DNA of 64,000 nt from Tubiluchus corallicola (taxonomy: Eukaryota; Animalia; Priapulida): contig JAQGDQ010000107.1 in the NCBI GenBank assembly GCA_030141605.1, forward strand, positions 370,265 through 434,264, in the 5' to 3' direction. Of this stretch, positions 44,324-58,529 are shown in pieces. The position numbers and the translations under genes are program-made. Below the pieces are notes generated by a model, which was not told the DNA's origin, did not search any database, and worked only from the letters and a program-made list of their open reading frames with translations. Position 1 is the stretch's first letter. Each line of letters starts with the position of its first letter.

Positions 44324-44736
44324 GTAAATTGATTGAATAAAAAGGAAAATAGTTTTGCGCTCGTGTAAGCAGCGTATTCATACATGGTTTGTCTTCTTTG
44401 TTCGGATGTTGCAGAGTTCAATTAACAACAAGAGTTTAAATCCAATTTGCTTTATCTATTGAGATTAGCATGAAAATGAAGTTCTTTAAGACTTGGAAAT
44501 CCATCTCTTCCTAAAGACTGTTGAGGTCGCACTTTCCTTGCAATCGAATTTCATCTCAAGAGCATCATCGATACTGAAACAAGTAGGCAGAGCTCTTTCA
44601 ACTTCCTTTTGCTGATCTCCACGCCACATTAGTGTGTTTGTCTCTTTCTCTTTCAGATTCACTCTAGTTTGTCAATAATTTTGGCTACTAATTCTATGTA
44701 AGCTAAAATTTGGCCACCAGAATGTTTTTTCACAGT

Positions 44737-45021
44737 GGTTGATATCCTTCTGTCTCGGAAGACAATGGAGTGTGCGCCAAGAGAGGCCTTCGGGGCTCCA
44801 CTCCTGATTTGGAAGGTTTACTCCTCTACACATGACTTCCTCCGCCCTCTAGCCGTTGGCTGCTTGTGTAGCTCTTCCGCCTAGTGTCGAGAAACAGTAT
44901 GGGCAGCCTACAGCACCTGGTATTCCTAGGCGGTCACCCATATAAGTACTAACCAGGCTCTACGTTGCTTAACTTCGGTGATTAGACGAGAACCTGTGTT
45001 TTCAACGTGATTTGGCCGTAG
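44737..45021 (-). mobile_element. 5S/RTE SINE, internally deleted copy with full 5S head
   Basis: 5S head at 44905-45022; flanks TTTTTCACAGT / TTTTTGACAGT. Confidence 0.88.
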
Positions 45022-45962
45022 TTTTTGACAGTACGTAATAGCTATTCATTCCTTTGATGGGCTCGAAGCTGACTGACTAGGCCAATCATATACCCGATAC
45101 AATACCAACATTTACGACAATATACGGTATAGTTCAACATATTAGTTTCTTGTAACGTATTGTATCAAACCTGGGGTCCAGCGACGGATCCGTCTCAGGA
45201 TGTATAAAGCGGCATGCAAGTTATGACAATCATAGCAGACGAGGAACATTCGAGTATAAAATGTACTTGATTTCATAACCAGTACGTGAAAATCTTCACA
45301 AGAAAGGTGATGTGAACAGACTTTGTATAAAATCATCAAACCTATAGCATTCACCTTTACAGACAGAAAGGCCAGGTTGGAATCGTCAAGTTACGTCATG
45401 CATTCTGTTTTATACAGATACATTTGTATTACTGGGCTTCTCAACCACACCCATTACTAACATTATGGGTTGGCCGATATCTGCCTTCGTAACACTATGG
45501 CAGAAGTTTTTCAGAAAGAACGAAGTGATTCTAATGTAATTAGTTAATGTATTAGTTAGTCTATCGGAATGCTGATGATATTTGTTACTAGTAGGCATGT
45601 CATCCCATTAAACTGCATTTAGCATAAACAAGCAATTGAGAATCGCAGAAATTACATGACACACTTCGCAAAGATAATAACAAATTCGCAGCTTCGATGA
45701 CGTTATCACTGCGTGGAAAATTCTTGACGTTTTGACAATTGTCAAAACAAAAAATTGTTTCTTTGAATAACACGCAGTATTGAAGTGAGAATATTTCAGT
45801 CACTGAGTGACGTGCAGCAAATAGCAAATGAAATACAAGGATAACCTCCAGGCAGTGTAATGTTAGATCGTTATTTGTTGTTCTCTGTTTGTTCGAAAAC
45901 GAATAACAATCAACTCGGTTTCATTGTTCACTTTTGAAAAATGAACAACAATCTATTATATA

Positions 45963-46646
45963 GGTTTTACACGTCAAATGTAGACACAGGAAAGTTCAAA
46001 TGTGACTTAGGTAAGTTAAATGTAGACATAGGAATTTCGATTGTGTTTTGGTGACTGAAATGTGACTTAGGTAAGTCAAATGTAGATGCATTACTTTGAA
46101 TAAATAGGTAATTAACTCATTTAAGTGCAAATTACAAAAAATAAACTAAAGATAGTCATCACCTCTTTCATAACTTTGAAAAATGTGTTGTTTATCCCTT
46201 CCCAATGAACAGTGAATCACTAATTAGTTTTTTAAGTAATGCATTAGCATTGCATTAATGAATTAGTTTCTCTCAAGAAACATTGTTTATTTTAAGAATG
46301 TATTGTTTTCTCTAACAGTCCCAATGGTATGTAAAGTTTACAGAATATTAGTGAACTATTAGTAGACCTAAAAAGTTATTATTTTCACAGCAATTATTAA
46401 ATTAAGATTAAAGGAGATTAAATTTTACTTCCTCAAGCTTTACCACCTATCCACATTTGAGATACCAATGTCACATTTCACTTGACATGTGTCTACATTT
46501 GACTTACCAAAAACGCTTAACATTTCTTGAAAACCATTGTTAACATATTTGAACTACCTAAGTCTACATTTGAGTTACCAAGACACATTTGAATTACCTA
46601 AATCTACATTTGAGTTAACGTAGGTCTACATTTGACATGTAAAACA
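45963..46646. mobile_element. MITE family A, inverted copy
   Basis: Reverse complement of 13663-14438; TATA flanks. Confidence 0.88.
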
Positions 46647-47165
46647 TATAGTAAGTATTGTTGTGCCTTGCGTCACGCGTGAATAGGGGCCAATTACCTG
46701 CTGTAATCAAAGGAAAGAACAAGTCACTCATTATGTTGGGTTTATTTTACTGTTACCACTTAAACTTAGAAAAATATAATAAATTGATGATGATGATAAG
46801 TCTTTATTAGCCTCTTTTTGCAGGTAAAAATTTCTGTACAAAAATTATACAATTTTGCCTAAGCCCTAAAGTGAATTCTACAATATTACATTTACTCATT
46901 CTGTAATTAGCTTTTTTAATTTGTACGTGTAGCATTATTTACAGTGATGTTAAACAAGGAGTATTGAAGTGCGTGCTAAAATCGAGGTTATTAATGCAGC
47001 AAGTTTCCTGTGAGGTAACCCAAAAATGCAGATAAATTAATATACCAAATTATTAAATACCAAATTCAATATTTAAATCCACAAAAGTTACAATCAGTAA
47101 TCTCAAGAACTACACAAATTAAATCCATATTTTACTAAAAATTAACAGCAGGATCTTAAAATTAA

Positions 47166-47705
47166 AGGGCCGCTTACAAAGAAGGTTAGTACCGACATTA
47201 AATTTTCATTTTTGGTCCAACACACAAGATTTGAATTGAATTTCCCAGTTCATTTAGTAACACATATCACCTGTTTGCGTTATAAAATAAAGAAATTTGC
47301 AAAGATACCTATAAAGCATAAATTTAATATATCCTACCTCTGAATATAAATTTTCAGGCGTGGTGGTTGCCGCCATTCACTTGAAAATTATGACGTAACT
47401 GGGAGACTTCGTGACTTTCCGTAAGCGCCTCGTGGCTTTTCGTAAGCACGCGTTACTTAAATTAACCTAATTTTTACTTAGCTCTCTATTTTTTGTAAAA
47501 ACTTATTACACGTTTGGTAAAGATTTACAGTACGCTACTTTTCTTCAATGACGTCACTGGAAGAAGAATGGGCATTGAGAATAAGACTTTAAAGTGAATT
47601 TATCAGTTACACGAGGCGCTTATTTCAGTTTTCTTACTAAATCCTTCTAAGATTTTTCGTACACATTGAGGTAAGTCTAACCTTCTGGAAGACTTGGTCT
47701 TTCCT
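47166..47705. mobile_element. Kolobok-like non-autonomous DNA element containing one 72-bp satellite monomer
   Basis: ttaa|AGG...CCT|ttaa, imperfect TIR sharing AGAAGGTTAG; monomer at ~47353-47411. Confidence 0.65.
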
Positions 47706-48370
47706 TTAAGATGTTATTGTGTTATTTGCTTTTACGTTCACAAACAACGAATAAGAAGCTAACTTTACGAGGCTTAAAATCGAGGGCTACAGTAACAAAA
47801 ATGCTTGTGTGGCCACTCGCCTTAGGAGCTTGTGAAGCCAGAGAGACTAGAAAAAAAAACAGCTGGCGGAAACCCCAACCTTTCAGCGAAATCATAAATC
47901 TTTGCTGATTCCAAAGGTCACTAAACTCACGGCTTTCCCCATAACCGTATTACTTTGTTTGGGCCAGAAACGGTAACGGTCATAAAAGGGCAAACATGAG
48001 ATTGGCCAACGTTTAACATTTAACATGAAATAGAATGCTTAATAGCATGCGTCTGACAAGTGCACTTCCTTCTAAATATTATCTCGTCAGAAGAAGCCAT
48101 TGATTGTCTCATCATGATGAACTCACCAGAAGCCAGTAATAAATAAACAATTAAGAAACCTATATTGTATAACCTTTCACTAGGTGACCTAATACTCAAC
48201 TTATTGCTTTGTAATTTAACAAGAATATTTCAATACATTTCTACTGCATTTTTTCTTTTGGAGCATCCTGTAATTACATTTAATAACAGTACCACAAGAG
48301 CAGCTGCAGTTGATGTAATGGTGATGAAACAAAAACTTTGTCAAAAGTAAGCAGAAGTAATGGTGTACTG

Positions 48371-49120
48371 AGAATAGAAGTGAGTGAAGTAAGGCGGAGA
48401 GAGAAGGATTGATAGTATTACAGAGGTAAAATATAACCTAGAATAGAAGTGAGTGAAGTAAGGTGGAGAGAAAAGAATTGATAGTATTACAGAGGTAAAA
48501 TGTAACGTAGAATAGAAGTGAGTGAAGTAAGGTGGAGAGAGAAGAATTGATAGTATTATAGAGGTAAATGTAACGTAGAATATAAGTGAGTGAAGTAAGG
48601 TGGAGAGAGAAGAATTGATAGTATTATAGAGGTAAAATGTAACGTAGAATAGAAGTGAGTGAAGTAAGGTGGCGAGAGAAGATCTGATAGTATTACAGCG
48701 GTAAAATGTAACCTAGAACAGAAGTGAGTGAAGTAAGGTGGCGAGAGAAGAATTGATAGTATTACGGAGGCATAATGTAACGTAGAATAGAAGTGAGTGA
48801 AGTAAGGTGGAGAGAGAAGAATTGATGGTATTACAGAGGTAAAATGTAACGTAGAATAGAAGTGAGTGAAGTAAGGTGGAGAGAGAAGAATTGATAGTAT
48901 TACAGAGGTAAAATGTAACGTAGAATAGAAGTGAGTGAAGTAAGGTGGAGAGAGAAGAATTGATGGTATTACAGAGGTAAAATGTAACGTAGAACAGAAG
49001 TGAGTGAAGTAAGGTGGAAAGAGAAGAATTGATAGTATTACAGAGGTAAAATGTAACGTAGAATAGAAGTGAGTGAAGTAAGGTGGAGAGGGAAGAATTT
49101 ATAATATTACAGCGGTAAAA
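48371..49120. repeat. 69-bp minisatellite, ~11 copies
   Basis: Unit agaatagaagtgagtgaagtaaggtggagagagaagaattgatagtattacagaggtaaaatgtaacgt. Confidence 0.96.
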
Positions 49121-49654
49121 CTGTACGTGTGAGAGAAGTAAAAAAGATCAATTTATTCAAAATCAAAAGATCTCTTTTTGTATCCCTGACCAGCGCAAGA
49201 CCCATAAAATCATTTAACTGATTATCAATTTTATTGATGCATTATTGTCCTGCGTTTTGTTTAGTGCAAATCAGCTCAATTAATCTTCAAGTCGAGCAAT
49301 TTTAAACCAGAATCTGACAGTGTTTGAACGAGTTAATCCATTATCTGAGCAAGCCATGGTTAGCACCACACGCCAGTCTATGTCATTTTATGTCTGACGC
49401 TGTCAAGGGTTGCTGGAAGCCAATATTATAGGCTCTGCTGGAAGCCATCAGAATTGACGTGGCGGCTTGACAAGGTTGCCATAATGGCTTTTATTTTGCA
49501 CAATGTGTGACTGGTAAATGATGCTCACAGTTACTGATATCCCACAGTCGTAGATTTATGCTTTCCTTCCGTAATCACAACATTAGATGCCATTCTCACT
49601 TAATTAATCTGAGTTGAGGTTTGATGACGTCACAGAAAAGTTTAAATATTCCCT

Positions 49655-50200
49655 TCCTTTCTTCTTCTTCTTCAATGAATCACACGTTCAGGGACATGAT
49701 TCTGCTCACCTCCCTATGCCAGGACTCCCTGCTCGCCGCAATGCCCGAAGTGGATTTATTTCTAAGGGTCAATGTTGAAATGTTTAAATCTTTCTGTGCA
49801 AAATCTAAATATGTTAACATTTGTCCTCCTGCAGGTTTTTTAGCTGGTTCTTATCTTCACAGGAATATCATCAGGTAGACTAAGCATGTGCCTAATCTAT
49901 CTTAAACGGCGTCCTTTTATTTTTCTTGTCCAAGGTTCTTCTTTTATTTTTTCATATAGATCCTTGTTTGAAATTTTCTTTGGTCATCTAATACCCAAAA
50001 TGTTTCTGTAATTTCACCTTTGAAACGCATCGATTTCAGCTTTATGATTTGCTTTTAATGTCCAGAGCTCAGAGTTATACAGAAATACAATTTCAACTAA
50101 GGCAGAGAATATTCTAATCTTTGTTTCCAAACAAATCTTCCTATTTTCAAAAACTTTTGTGAGTTTTGAGTAAGCTGATAATGCCATTATCTTCCCACAA
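49655..50200 (-). mobile_element. Degraded RTE-clade LINE 3' portion
   Basis: Minus strand: TKIRIFSALVEIVFLYNSELWTL, ILGIR*PKKISNKDLY, RRLR*IRHML, KKPAGGQMLTYLD; (GAA)n tail. Confidence 0.8.
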
Positions 50201-50446
50201 CCCGTAATTCAAAAATTCTGCACTGATATCCCGATATGTGCAAATCTGTGTTTCACGTTTAATCGGACAATTCTGAGGAAAGCCAATTATCGTCTGGAAG
50301 GAATATAACAGCCGCATTAAGCAGCGCTCCACGCTGTTTCAGCAACTGAAGCTGAACTCACAGACAGGAAATTACGATTTGTGTTCTGGTTGACATTTAA
50401 GGCAGGTACACGTAATGTCTGCCTTGCATGAATGTATGATTTGTGT

Positions 50447-51580
50447 CTGAATGAATTCCGCTGCATACGACTCGTACAGTCACATCACCTGAATGAATTC
50501 CGCTGCATACTGCTCGTACAGTCACATCACCTGAATGAATTCTGCTGCATACTGCTCGTACAGTCACATCATCCGAATGAATACCGCTGCATACGACTCG
50601 TACAGTCACATCACCTGAATGAATTCCGCTGCATACTGCTCGTACAGTCACATCACCTGAATGAATTCTGCTGCATACTGCTCGTACAGTCACATCATCC
50701 GAATGAATACCGCTGCATACTGCTCGTACAGTCACATCACCTGAATGAATTCCGTTGCATACTGCTCGTACAGTCACATCACCTGAATGAATTCCGCTGC
50801 ATACTGCTCGTACAGTCACATCACCTGAATGAATTCCGCTGCATACTGCTCGTACAGCCACATCACCTGAATGAACTCCGCTGCATACGACTCGTACAGT
50901 CACATCACCTGAATGAATTCCGCTGCATACTGCTCGTACAGTCACATCGCCTGAATGAATTCCGCTGCATACTGCTCGTACAGTCACATCACCTGAATGA
51001 ATTCCGCTGCATACTGCTCGTACAGTCACATCACCTGAATGAATTCCGCTGCATACTGCTCGTACAGTCACATCACCTGAATGAATTCCGCTGCATACTG
51101 CTCGTACAGTCACATCACCTGAATGAATTCCGCTGCATACTGCTCGTACAGTCACATCACCTGAATGAATTCCGCTGCATACTGCTCGTACAGTCACATC
51201 ACCTGAATGAATTCCGCTGCATACTGCTCGTACAGTCACATCACCTGAATGAATTCCGCTGCATACTGCTCGTACAGTCACATCACCTGAATGAATTCCG
51301 CTGCATACTGCTCGTACAGTCACATCACCTGAATGAATTCCGCTGCATACTGCTCGTACAGTCACATCACCTGAATGAATTCCGCTGCATACTGCTCGTA
51401 CAGTCACATCACCTGAATGAACTCCGCTGCATACTGCTCGTACAGTCACATCACCTGAATGAATTCCGCTGCATACTGCTCGTACAGTCACATCACCTGA
51501 ATGAATTCCGCTGCATACTGCTCGTACAGTCACATCACCTGAATGAATTCCGCTGCATACTGCTCGTACAGTCACATCAC
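50447..51580. repeat. 42-bp minisatellite, ~27 copies
   Basis: Unit ctgaatgaattccgctgcatactgctcgtacagtcacatcac. Confidence 0.97.
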
Positions 51581-51665
51581 ATGCTTGGTTTAACAGGCAG
51601 AAATGTCTATAGACATCGGTGGCTAAATTTACCTTAATTAGTGAAGAAATTTGATTGAAGTAAAC

Positions 51666-51710
<45 letters not shown>

Positions 51711-52097
51711 ATACGCCCGTCACGTCTATTGTAGACATCGGGCAGGCAGAATTCTAAAATAAAAGAAATCTGCCTTCAGACAGGTAAACGCAGCAGTAAT
51801 CCAGCAAAAAAGTAGACACTGCTACGCCAGTGGCTTGTCAGCACCACTTCCGTTCTAAACAATATGGATGCAGCGTTTAATTACAGCTGTTTTGATCGCG
51901 CTCGTCAGACGTTTAATTATTAAAAACGTCTTTAGCACTAGTGTACACAGTTCGCTGAAACTAATGTATTGTTATCTATGATCTAGAATTATAATCTACA
52001 TGTTTGGGTAAATCAGGTGATATTTTAAAGTCTGAAATAAACAGAACAGCTGACTTAAACAGAGCGAAAATGATTATTATCTACCGCTGATTATTGG

Positions 52098-53070
52098 CAT
52101 AGACATAGATATAGACATAGATATAGACATAGCCATAGCTATAGCCATAGCCATAGCCATAGCCATAGACATAGACATAGACATAGACATAGACATAGAC
52201 ATAGACATAGACATAGACATAGACATAGACATAGACATAGACATAGACATAGACATAGACATAGACATAGACATAGACATAGACATAGACATAGCCATTA
52301 GACATAGCCATTAGACGCAGACGCAGACGCAGACACAGACACAGGCACAGACACAGACACAGACACAGACACAGACACAGACACAGACACAGACACAGAC
52401 ACAGACACAGACACAGACACAGACACAGACACAGACACAGACACAGACACAGACACATAGAAATAGACATAGACATAGACATAGCCATTAGACATAGCCA
52501 TTAGACACAGACACAGACACAGACACAGACACAGACACAGACACAAGCACAGACACAGACACAGACACAGACACAGACACAGACACAGACACAGACACAG
52601 ACACAGACACAGACACAGACACAGACACAGACACAGACACAGACACAGACACAGACACAGACACATAGACATAGACATAGACATAGACATAGACATAGAC
52701 ATAGACATAGACATAACCATAACCATAGCCATTAGACATAGCCATTAGACACAGACACAGACACAGACACAGACACAGACACAGACACAGACACAGACAC
52801 AGACACAGACACTGACACAGGCACAGACACAGACACAGACACAGACACAGACACAGACACAGACACAGACACAGACACAGACACAGACACAGACACAGAC
52901 ACAGACACAGACACAGACACATAGACATAGACATAGACATAGACATAGACTCAGACGCAGACGCAGACACAGACACAGACACAGATACAGACACAGACAC
53001 AGACACAGACACAGACACAGACACAGACATAGACAATATCATTGGCATTGACATTGACATAGACATAGAC
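52098..53070. repeat. Compound (GACATA)n/(GACACA)n hexamer satellite
   Basis: Seen directly; blocks are punctuated by GCCATTA. Confidence 0.96.
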
Positions 53071-55574
53071 GCCTCTATTGGTCATACATACTACACATGA
53101 TGTACATGAAATTTGTCGTTTCTGCTTTGTATAGATTAGTAAAAACAATTGGCCCCACAAGTTCGCAACGGTAAAATAAATTCCACTGTACATACAAATC
53201 TAAATGGTACAATATAAATAAAGCTTAAGAAAGAAAAAAACTTGAAAAGTGTTTAGAGTTTAGCTACTATTGCGTGTATAATCTAGAAAAATCCACGTGT
53301 TATACTTTTAGAATGGTTAAAAATAGAAGCATAAAGACAGAATTGACACGAAGGCGGGATTTAAATTTTTGAACGAATTTTCAAAAAAACCCTGTTAAAA
53401 TTAAAATTTAGAACACGAAATATTTAGCGCAGTGATTGTTAAAAAAGGTTAGGTTAGGTTAGGTTGGGCAAGAGATAGTAAAAAATCACAATATTAAAAT
53501 CCAGGGCGATTCAAAAGGAAATTATAATAATTATTATTATTTAATAACGAAGACAACTTTTGTGGTCTCTTACTAATTCTTATAAAAAGATAACTAATAT
53601 ACATATTGTTCCGGGGTTCGACCCGGTAGATAGCCTTATGGCCTGTCATCGGTGATGCGGGTAAGCGCTGCATAACGGACAGTCCAGAAATTTAAACAAA
53701 AGAAACAACAAAACCAAAACTTAGAATTCAAAAGGGACGGCTGAGAAGAACAACACAATAGAAAAAAAACCTGATGACAATGCTTCAAACCTTACGCAAT
53801 CCACGACACACTCGGCAGGCAGACAGGAAAAGTGCATTCCACGACAACCAGAAGACAACTGACGATGTCACGTGTTCGTTCTTTCCACAGGAAACCACTG
53901 CTCAACCAATCGCAGGTAATGTGATGGGCTTCCTAGTTTAAAGTGGAAGTCATAACATTACCTGTAGGTTGGCTGGCCTGGTGCCTATGAATAGAAATGC
54001 ACTGTTCCCTGTTCAGCTCAATATTATTAATTTAGTACAACATGTACATCAATACTATAGTTTTTATAAATCAAAGCATTTGAAAATTAAGCGAGTTAAA
54101 TTCTACGTTCACTATCGGCCAACATACTCATATCAATTAAATATTAGGCTCACAAATATAATGAGAGAATTTCGAAAATTGAATTTTCTTCTGTGGATAT
54201 TTGTCGTGTTACGTATTCCACCGGGTGCCATGATGTTCCCGCTCTTTTTGATTTGTTGCTTGAACAATTTGCAAAAATACCTTAACAAGCTTTTACTTTT
54301 CCCATCAGTTTAACAGAAAACTTTTCTCGGGGGATCATCAATGTACAACAGCAAAAATCGCATTCTGACAGCTTCGGAATTTCAAATATATATATGTTCG
54401 GTTGCGTTTATTTGAAAAGTCTTCATCCATTAACGGTTTTCTCTCGGATGGGCAAAACACATTTCTAATTCGAGTAATAGGACATATCGTGTCACACGAA
54501 ATTCCCAATCGCCTGCTTTCAACTAAGCTGAAAAGAAGGCTGACGTTGAGATTTTATTTTGTATAAAACTAGGCAGATTTTTTAATGTATCATGCATCTC
54601 GAGAGACGCCATTTGATTGAAGCCCAGTCAAAATTCTTTCCTTAACATTTTTGCCAAAAGAAAGCCACGGGTCCGCGGAGGTACGGTCGTAATCTGGTTA
54701 ATATTAGTTATGAAATACCATCACAGCAGTACGACAACATACACACTAATTCAGTATTTATATATCCACGGCCATATTAATTAAATCATAGTTTTTTTTC
54801 AATTCTTGTGCATAGTTGTAAATATGTCCGATTTTGTTCGTCGTTACTTTCCATTACTGCACAGTAGTTTAGATTGCACTGACGCATTTGCCTTTAGCAG
54901 TGTAAGTTTTTATTAACTAACACTGATTGATCATCTCTGTAAAGTTTTTATCAGTGATTATCAATGAATTTTAATGGCAAATAAAGATTATTATGTATAT
55001 ATATATATATATATATATATACAGTTGAAAAGTGAAAAAAATGGATATAGATCCGAATAAACGTTAGACATCCCATTCTGGGTTTGGTAAATGATCCACA
55101 ATTTAACAAATTTTATAAGATTTTTCTTGAGAAAATCAACGTTTTCACTGCATGTACGCGAGCAGTAATCCACAGCTAATAAAATATGATTTAAAACATT
55201 CAAAACAAAACAAAAACTTGGTGAATCTACGAAAGCAACAATCCCAGAAAAAAAATATTTAAGCAAAAAACTGTACTATTAACTCTCCGGGTATGTTTAT
55301 TATAATTGTACTCGCTGTTTTTCATTGTGTATAATGTGTGTAAATTTTTGTTACTAAGTATTAAAATATGTTCGTTATCTTTTATTATTTATGTATGTAG
55401 TGTCGGATTATAATTTGTAACTATGTCTATCGTAAATGATCGTTGTCGTTCAATGTGTCTCATGCGTTGGATTCTAAATTATAGGTGAATAAGTTTAATA
55501 CATTGTAAATGCTTTTAGAAATTTTAGACATGTTCCTACAAATGGGATGTACTTTGTACATAGTTTTTAAAAAT

Positions 55575-55766
<192 letters not shown>

Positions 55767-56257
55767 TCTCCAGGTATGTTATTTATCTAGGTGTTTATGG
55801 ATTTTTATAATGCGCCAATTTTCTTTCCTCTGCTAAATTATTTGCGTTAAATTACAGTATATATGAACCGAACCGTGTTGGTCTCCCGCGTGTAATAATA
55901 CCATAGATATGGTTTGTGTAGATCAAAGATCTCGGTGATTGCTAAGGAGTGTTCTGTATTCTAGACTGTCTTGCTGTTCTGATCTTCTTTGTTTAAGTTC
56001 CTAATTAGTTTAATGAATACTACTTTATTATTCATGCATTTGTCTGGTTGCTAATATTATTGTGGCGTCACTGGCGTGTAACACCGCGCTCCCCCAGGAC
56101 GGACCGCCCCAATAAGCGTTTTCCCTTTGACACAGTTTCAACGTTACGCGCGGTTTCGCGATGCTTTTGTGCTGTTGGTGTCATCGTCAGAGTCGTCATC
56201 ATCATTATCATCATCATCATCACATGTGGAGCCATGGGTTTGGTGCGGAATGGTTCA

Positions 56258-58419
56258 GTGTAGTGAGATGTTGTGAGTGGAGTGCTCGTTGTCGTGGTGG
56301 ATGTGATGTGATGTAGTGCGTGTGGTGAGTGGAGTGCTCGTTGTCGTGGTGGATGTGATGTGATGTAGTGAGGTGTTGTGAGTGGAGTGCTCGTTGTCGT
56401 GGTGGATGTGATGTGATGTAGTGCGTGTGGTGAGTGGAGTGCTCGTTGTCGTGGTGGATGTGATGTGATGTAGTGAGGTGTGGTGAGTGGAGTGCTCGTT
56501 GCTGTGGTGGCTGTGATGTGATGTAGTGAGGTGTGGTGAGTGGAGTGCTCGTTGTCGTGGTGGCTGTGATGTGATGTAGTGAGGTGTTGTGAGTGGAGTG
56601 CTCGTTGTCGTGGTGGATGTGATGTGATGTAGTGAGGTGTTGTGAGTGGAGTGCTCGTTGTCGTGGTGGATGTGATGTGATGTAGTGAGGCGTGGTGAGT
56701 GGAGTGCTCGTTGTCGTGGTGGATGTGATGTGATGTAGTGAGGCGTGGTGAGTGAAGTGCTCGTTGTCGTGGTGGATGTGATGTGATGTAGTGAGGTGTT
56801 GTGAGTGGAGTGCTCGTTGTCGTGGTGGATGTGATGTGATGTAGTGAGGTGTTGTGAGTGGAGTGCTCGTTGTCGTGGTGGATGTGATGTGATGTAGTGA
56901 GGTGTGGTGAGTGGAGTGCTCGTTGTCGTGGTCGATGTGATGTGATGTAGTGAAGTGTTGTGAGTGAAGTGCTCGTTGTCGTGGTGGATGTGATGTGATG
57001 TAGTGAAGTGTTGTGAGTGGAGTGCTCGTTGTCGTGGTGGATGTGATGTGATGTAGTGAGGTGTGGTGAGTGGAGTGCTCGTTGTCGTGGTGGCTGTGAT
57101 GTGATGTAGTGAGGTGTTGTGAGTGGAGTGCACGTTGTCGTGATGGATGTGATGTGATGTAGTGAGGTGTTGTGAGTGGAGTGCTCGTTGTCGTGGTGGA
57201 TGTGATGTGATGTAGTGAGGTGTTGTGAGTGGAGTGCTCGTTGTCGTGGTGGATGTGATGTGATGTAGTGAGGTGTTGTGAGTGGAGTGCTTGTTGTCGT
57301 GGTGGCTGTGATGTGATGTAGTGAGGTGTTGTGAGTGGAGTGCTCGTTGTCGTGGTGGATGTGATGTGATGTAGTGAGGCGTTGTGAGTGGAGTGCTCGT
57401 TGTCGTGGTGGATGTGATGTGATGTAGTGAGGTGTGGTGAGTGCAGTGCTCGTTGTCGTGGTGGATGTGATGTGATGTAGTGAGGGGTGGTGAGTGGAGT
57501 GCTCGTTGTCGTGGTGGATGTGATGTGATGTAGCGAGGTGTTGTGAGTGGAGTGCTCGTTGTCGTTGTGGATGTGATGTGATGTAGTGAGGTGTTGTGAG
57601 TGGAGTGCTCGTTGTCGTGGTGGATGTGATGTGATGTAGTGAAGTGTTGTGATTGGAGTGCTCGTTGTCGTGGTGGATGTGATGTGATGTAGTGAGGTGT
57701 GGTGAGTGGAGTGCTCGTTGTCGTGGTCGATGTGATGTGATGTAGTGAAGTGTTGTGAGTGAAGTGCTCGTTGTCGTGGTGGATGTGATGTGATGTAGTG
57801 AAGTGTTGTGAGTGGAGTGCTCGTTGTCGTGGTGGATGTGATGTGATGTAGTGAGGTGTGGTGAGTGGAGTGCTCGTTGTCGTGGTGGCTGTGATGTGAT
57901 GTAGTGAGGTGTGGTGAGTGGAGTGCTCGTTGTCGTGGTGGCTGTGATGTGATGTAGTGAGGTGTTGTGAGTGGAGTGCACGTTGTCGTGATGGATGTGA
58001 TGTGATGTAGTGAGGTGTTGTGAGTGGAGTGCTCGTTGTCGTGGTGGATGTGATGTGATGTAGTGAGGTGTGGTGAGTGAAGTGCTCGTTGTCATGGTGG
58101 ATGTGATGTGATGTAGTGAGGTGTTGTGAGTGGAGTGCTCGTTGTCATGGTGGATGTGATGTGATGTAGTGAGGTGTTGTGAGTGGACTGCTTGTTGTCG
58201 TGGTGGATGTGATGTGATGTAGTGAGGTGTTGTGAGTGGAGTACTCGTTGTCGTGGTGGCTGTGATGTGATGTAGTGAGGTGTTGTGAGTGGAGTGCACG
58301 TTGTCGTGATGGATGTGATGTGATGTAGCGAGGTGTTGTGAGTGGAGTGCTCGTTGTCGTGGTGGATGTGATGTGATGTAGTGAGGTGTGGTGAGTGGAG
58401 TGCTCGTTGTCGTGGTGGC
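56258..58419. repeat. 53-bp GT-rich minisatellite, ~40 copies
   Basis: Unit gtgagtggagtgctcgttgtcgtggtggatgtgatgtgatgtagtgaggtgtt. Confidence 0.97.
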
Positions 58420-58529
58420 ATGGTTTTATTGGTGATGTAGGTTGTTGTATGTGTTAAGACGTGAAATTCTTTTGTGGGGTTTGGCTAATTAAAGATTAAT
58501 TAAAGAAGCAATTAATTTTGACAAGAAGA

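Noticed and set aside
50397-51710. 437-aa and 401-aa ORFs on opposite strands
   Set aside because: By-products of a near-identical 42-bp tandem unit; the start codons come from an (ATG)n microsatellite or chance.
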